Below, piece by piece: positions 58,546 to 59,409 of a stretch of 59,409 bases of DNA (position 1 is the stretch's first letter; every line of letters begins with the position of its first letter). Origin of the DNA: an uncultured Geobacter sp. (GTDB taxonomy: Bacteria > Desulfobacterota > Desulfuromonadia > Geobacterales > DSM-12255); contig CAYSMK010000032.1 of assembly GCA_964432205.1 (NCBI GenBank), forward strand, positions 1-59,409, in the 5' to 3' direction. The translations under genes and the position numbers were made by a program. The notes under the pieces are model-generated. The model saw only the letters and a program-made list of their open reading frames with translations, searched no databases and had not been told where the DNA came from.

Positions 58546-59295
58546 TCAGTAGTTTTCCAGGTACTTCAGCAGGAACCGCTGCGCCATCTCCGCGGCCAGC
58601 GGAATGTCCCAGCGGGACAGGTCCCGGTCCTCAACCATGTTGCTGATCCCCCGCACCTCCAGGGCATCCACTCCGTAAAGCAGTGCCACATGAGCCACGG
58701 CAGCCCCTTCCATGTTTTCGCAGATGCCGCCGAACAGCCGGTAAAGTTCTGCGCCCCGGACCGCCGTGCCGCTGCAGGTGGAAACGGTCACAAACTTCCC
58801 CCGCCGGATCGGCAGGTTCAAGGACATCCCCAGTTGGAACGCCTTTTCCGCCGCCTCCAGGGACAGGGGAAACTCGTTGGCATAGCGGTTCCCCTGCCGC
58901 TCGACGGAAGGGATGCCGATCAGTTCCAGGGAATGCCAGCCGGCAGCGGTCAAGACCCCCTCGTCGCCGTAAATCTCTGCCGTGGCGATCGCCAGTTCAC
59001 CCACCCGCATGCCGGTCTCGGGATAGGCCCCGCCGCAGCCGGTATTGATGATGAGGCTCGGCTGGCAGCTGGCCACGAGGGCGGTCACGGACGATGCGGC
59101 ATTTACCTTGCCGATCCCGGTAACGGCCAGGACCAGACGCCGCCCCGCAAACTCGCATTCCCAAACAGGGCGGGGGTCTGTGGCGGGTGCCAGTACCCCG
59201 CCGGTCTCCCGCACCAGTTGGGCAATCTCCCGATCGGTTGCAGCAGTGATCAGGAGAGGACCACCCTTTCGCCCTTTTTCTGTGGCTATAGCCAT
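58546..59295 (-). CDS. mqnB: futalosine hydrolase (MTA/SAH-nucleosidase family)
   Basis: PNP_UDP_1 fold. PLLITAATDREI...GIGKVNAASS...ENMEGAAVA is typical of MqnB/MTAN. Confidence 0.8.
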   Translation of the reverse strand: MAIATEKGRKGGPLLITAATDREIAQLVRETGGVLAPATDPRPVWECEFAGRRLVLAVTGIGKVNAASSVTALVASCQPSLIINTGCGGAYPETGMRVGELAIATAEIYGDEGVLTAAGWHSLELIGIPSVERQGNRYANEFPLSLEAAEKAFQLGMSLNLPIRRGKFVTVSTCSGTAVRGAELYRLFGGICENMEGAAVAHVALLYGVDALEVRGISNMVEDRDLSRWDIPLAAEMAQRFLLKYLENY

Positions 59296-59409
59296 CACAG
59301 GCTCCCGTTTGGTATCAATCATGAAATTCCGCACACTATACCTTTATTCCCGGCTGGGTACAAGAGCTGAACAGTCTAAACAGTGCATCCCCCCGCTACC
59401 CCCTAGCCC

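Noticed and set aside
1-59409. CRISPR arrays, rRNA genes
   Set aside because: No regularly spaced 25-40-bp repeats with unique spacers were seen. The tandem repeats found are heptamers, 31-bp duplications or iteron-like units. There are no rRNA-like sequences.

Overview
This 59.4-kb window is a high-GC chromosomal segment that looks Geobacter-like or desulfuromonad-like. That judgement rests on gene content (several che clusters, futalosine-route menaquinone genes mqnD/mqnB, sigma-54/RtcR control), not on any search. In order, the window holds the following. (1) An IS630-family insertion sequence with a TA target duplication. (2) A complete Rtc RNA-repair locus: rtcR divergent from an operon of SPFH/band-7 protein, rtcA with an in-frame TAG, and rtcB, whose about 670-nt leader contains a tRNA-like (Y-RNA-like) module. 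(3) A lower-GC accessory islet with a DUF4062/Schlafen-like(AlbA_2)/HATPase_c_4-wHTH protein and a divergently transcribed SF2 DExH helicase, bounded by unusual repeats. This is my best candidate for an undescribed defence-type system. (4) A Spy/CpxP-like LTXXQ periplasmic protein. (5) gltB and gltD. (6) A cell-envelope cluster with two L,D-transpeptidases flanking an Lpp-like alanine-zipper lipoprotein ending in Lys-Lys, preceded by two tandem copies of a roughly 110-nt structured RNA element that ends in an intrinsic terminator. (7) Chemotaxis cluster A: cheW, cheR-TPR, cheW, MCP, cheA-REC, cheB and a hybrid RR-HK. (8) A histidine kinase plus substrate-binding-like sensor pair, yajQ, and two LolA-like paralogues. 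(9) Chemotaxis cluster B: cheA, cheW, MCP, cheR. (10) thiL, lon and hsp20. (11) A TPR lipoprotein with a poly-lysine tail. (12) A decayed mobile or prophage-like remnant: a DinD/Bro-N gene and its truncated copy, 87-bp direct repeats, a truncated AAA ATPase and XRE fragment, and a RES-Xre toxin-antitoxin pair. (13) An RlpA-like protein, a REC-PAS response regulator, mqnD and mqnB. All protein calls come from motif recognition in the supplied translations. No database search was run.
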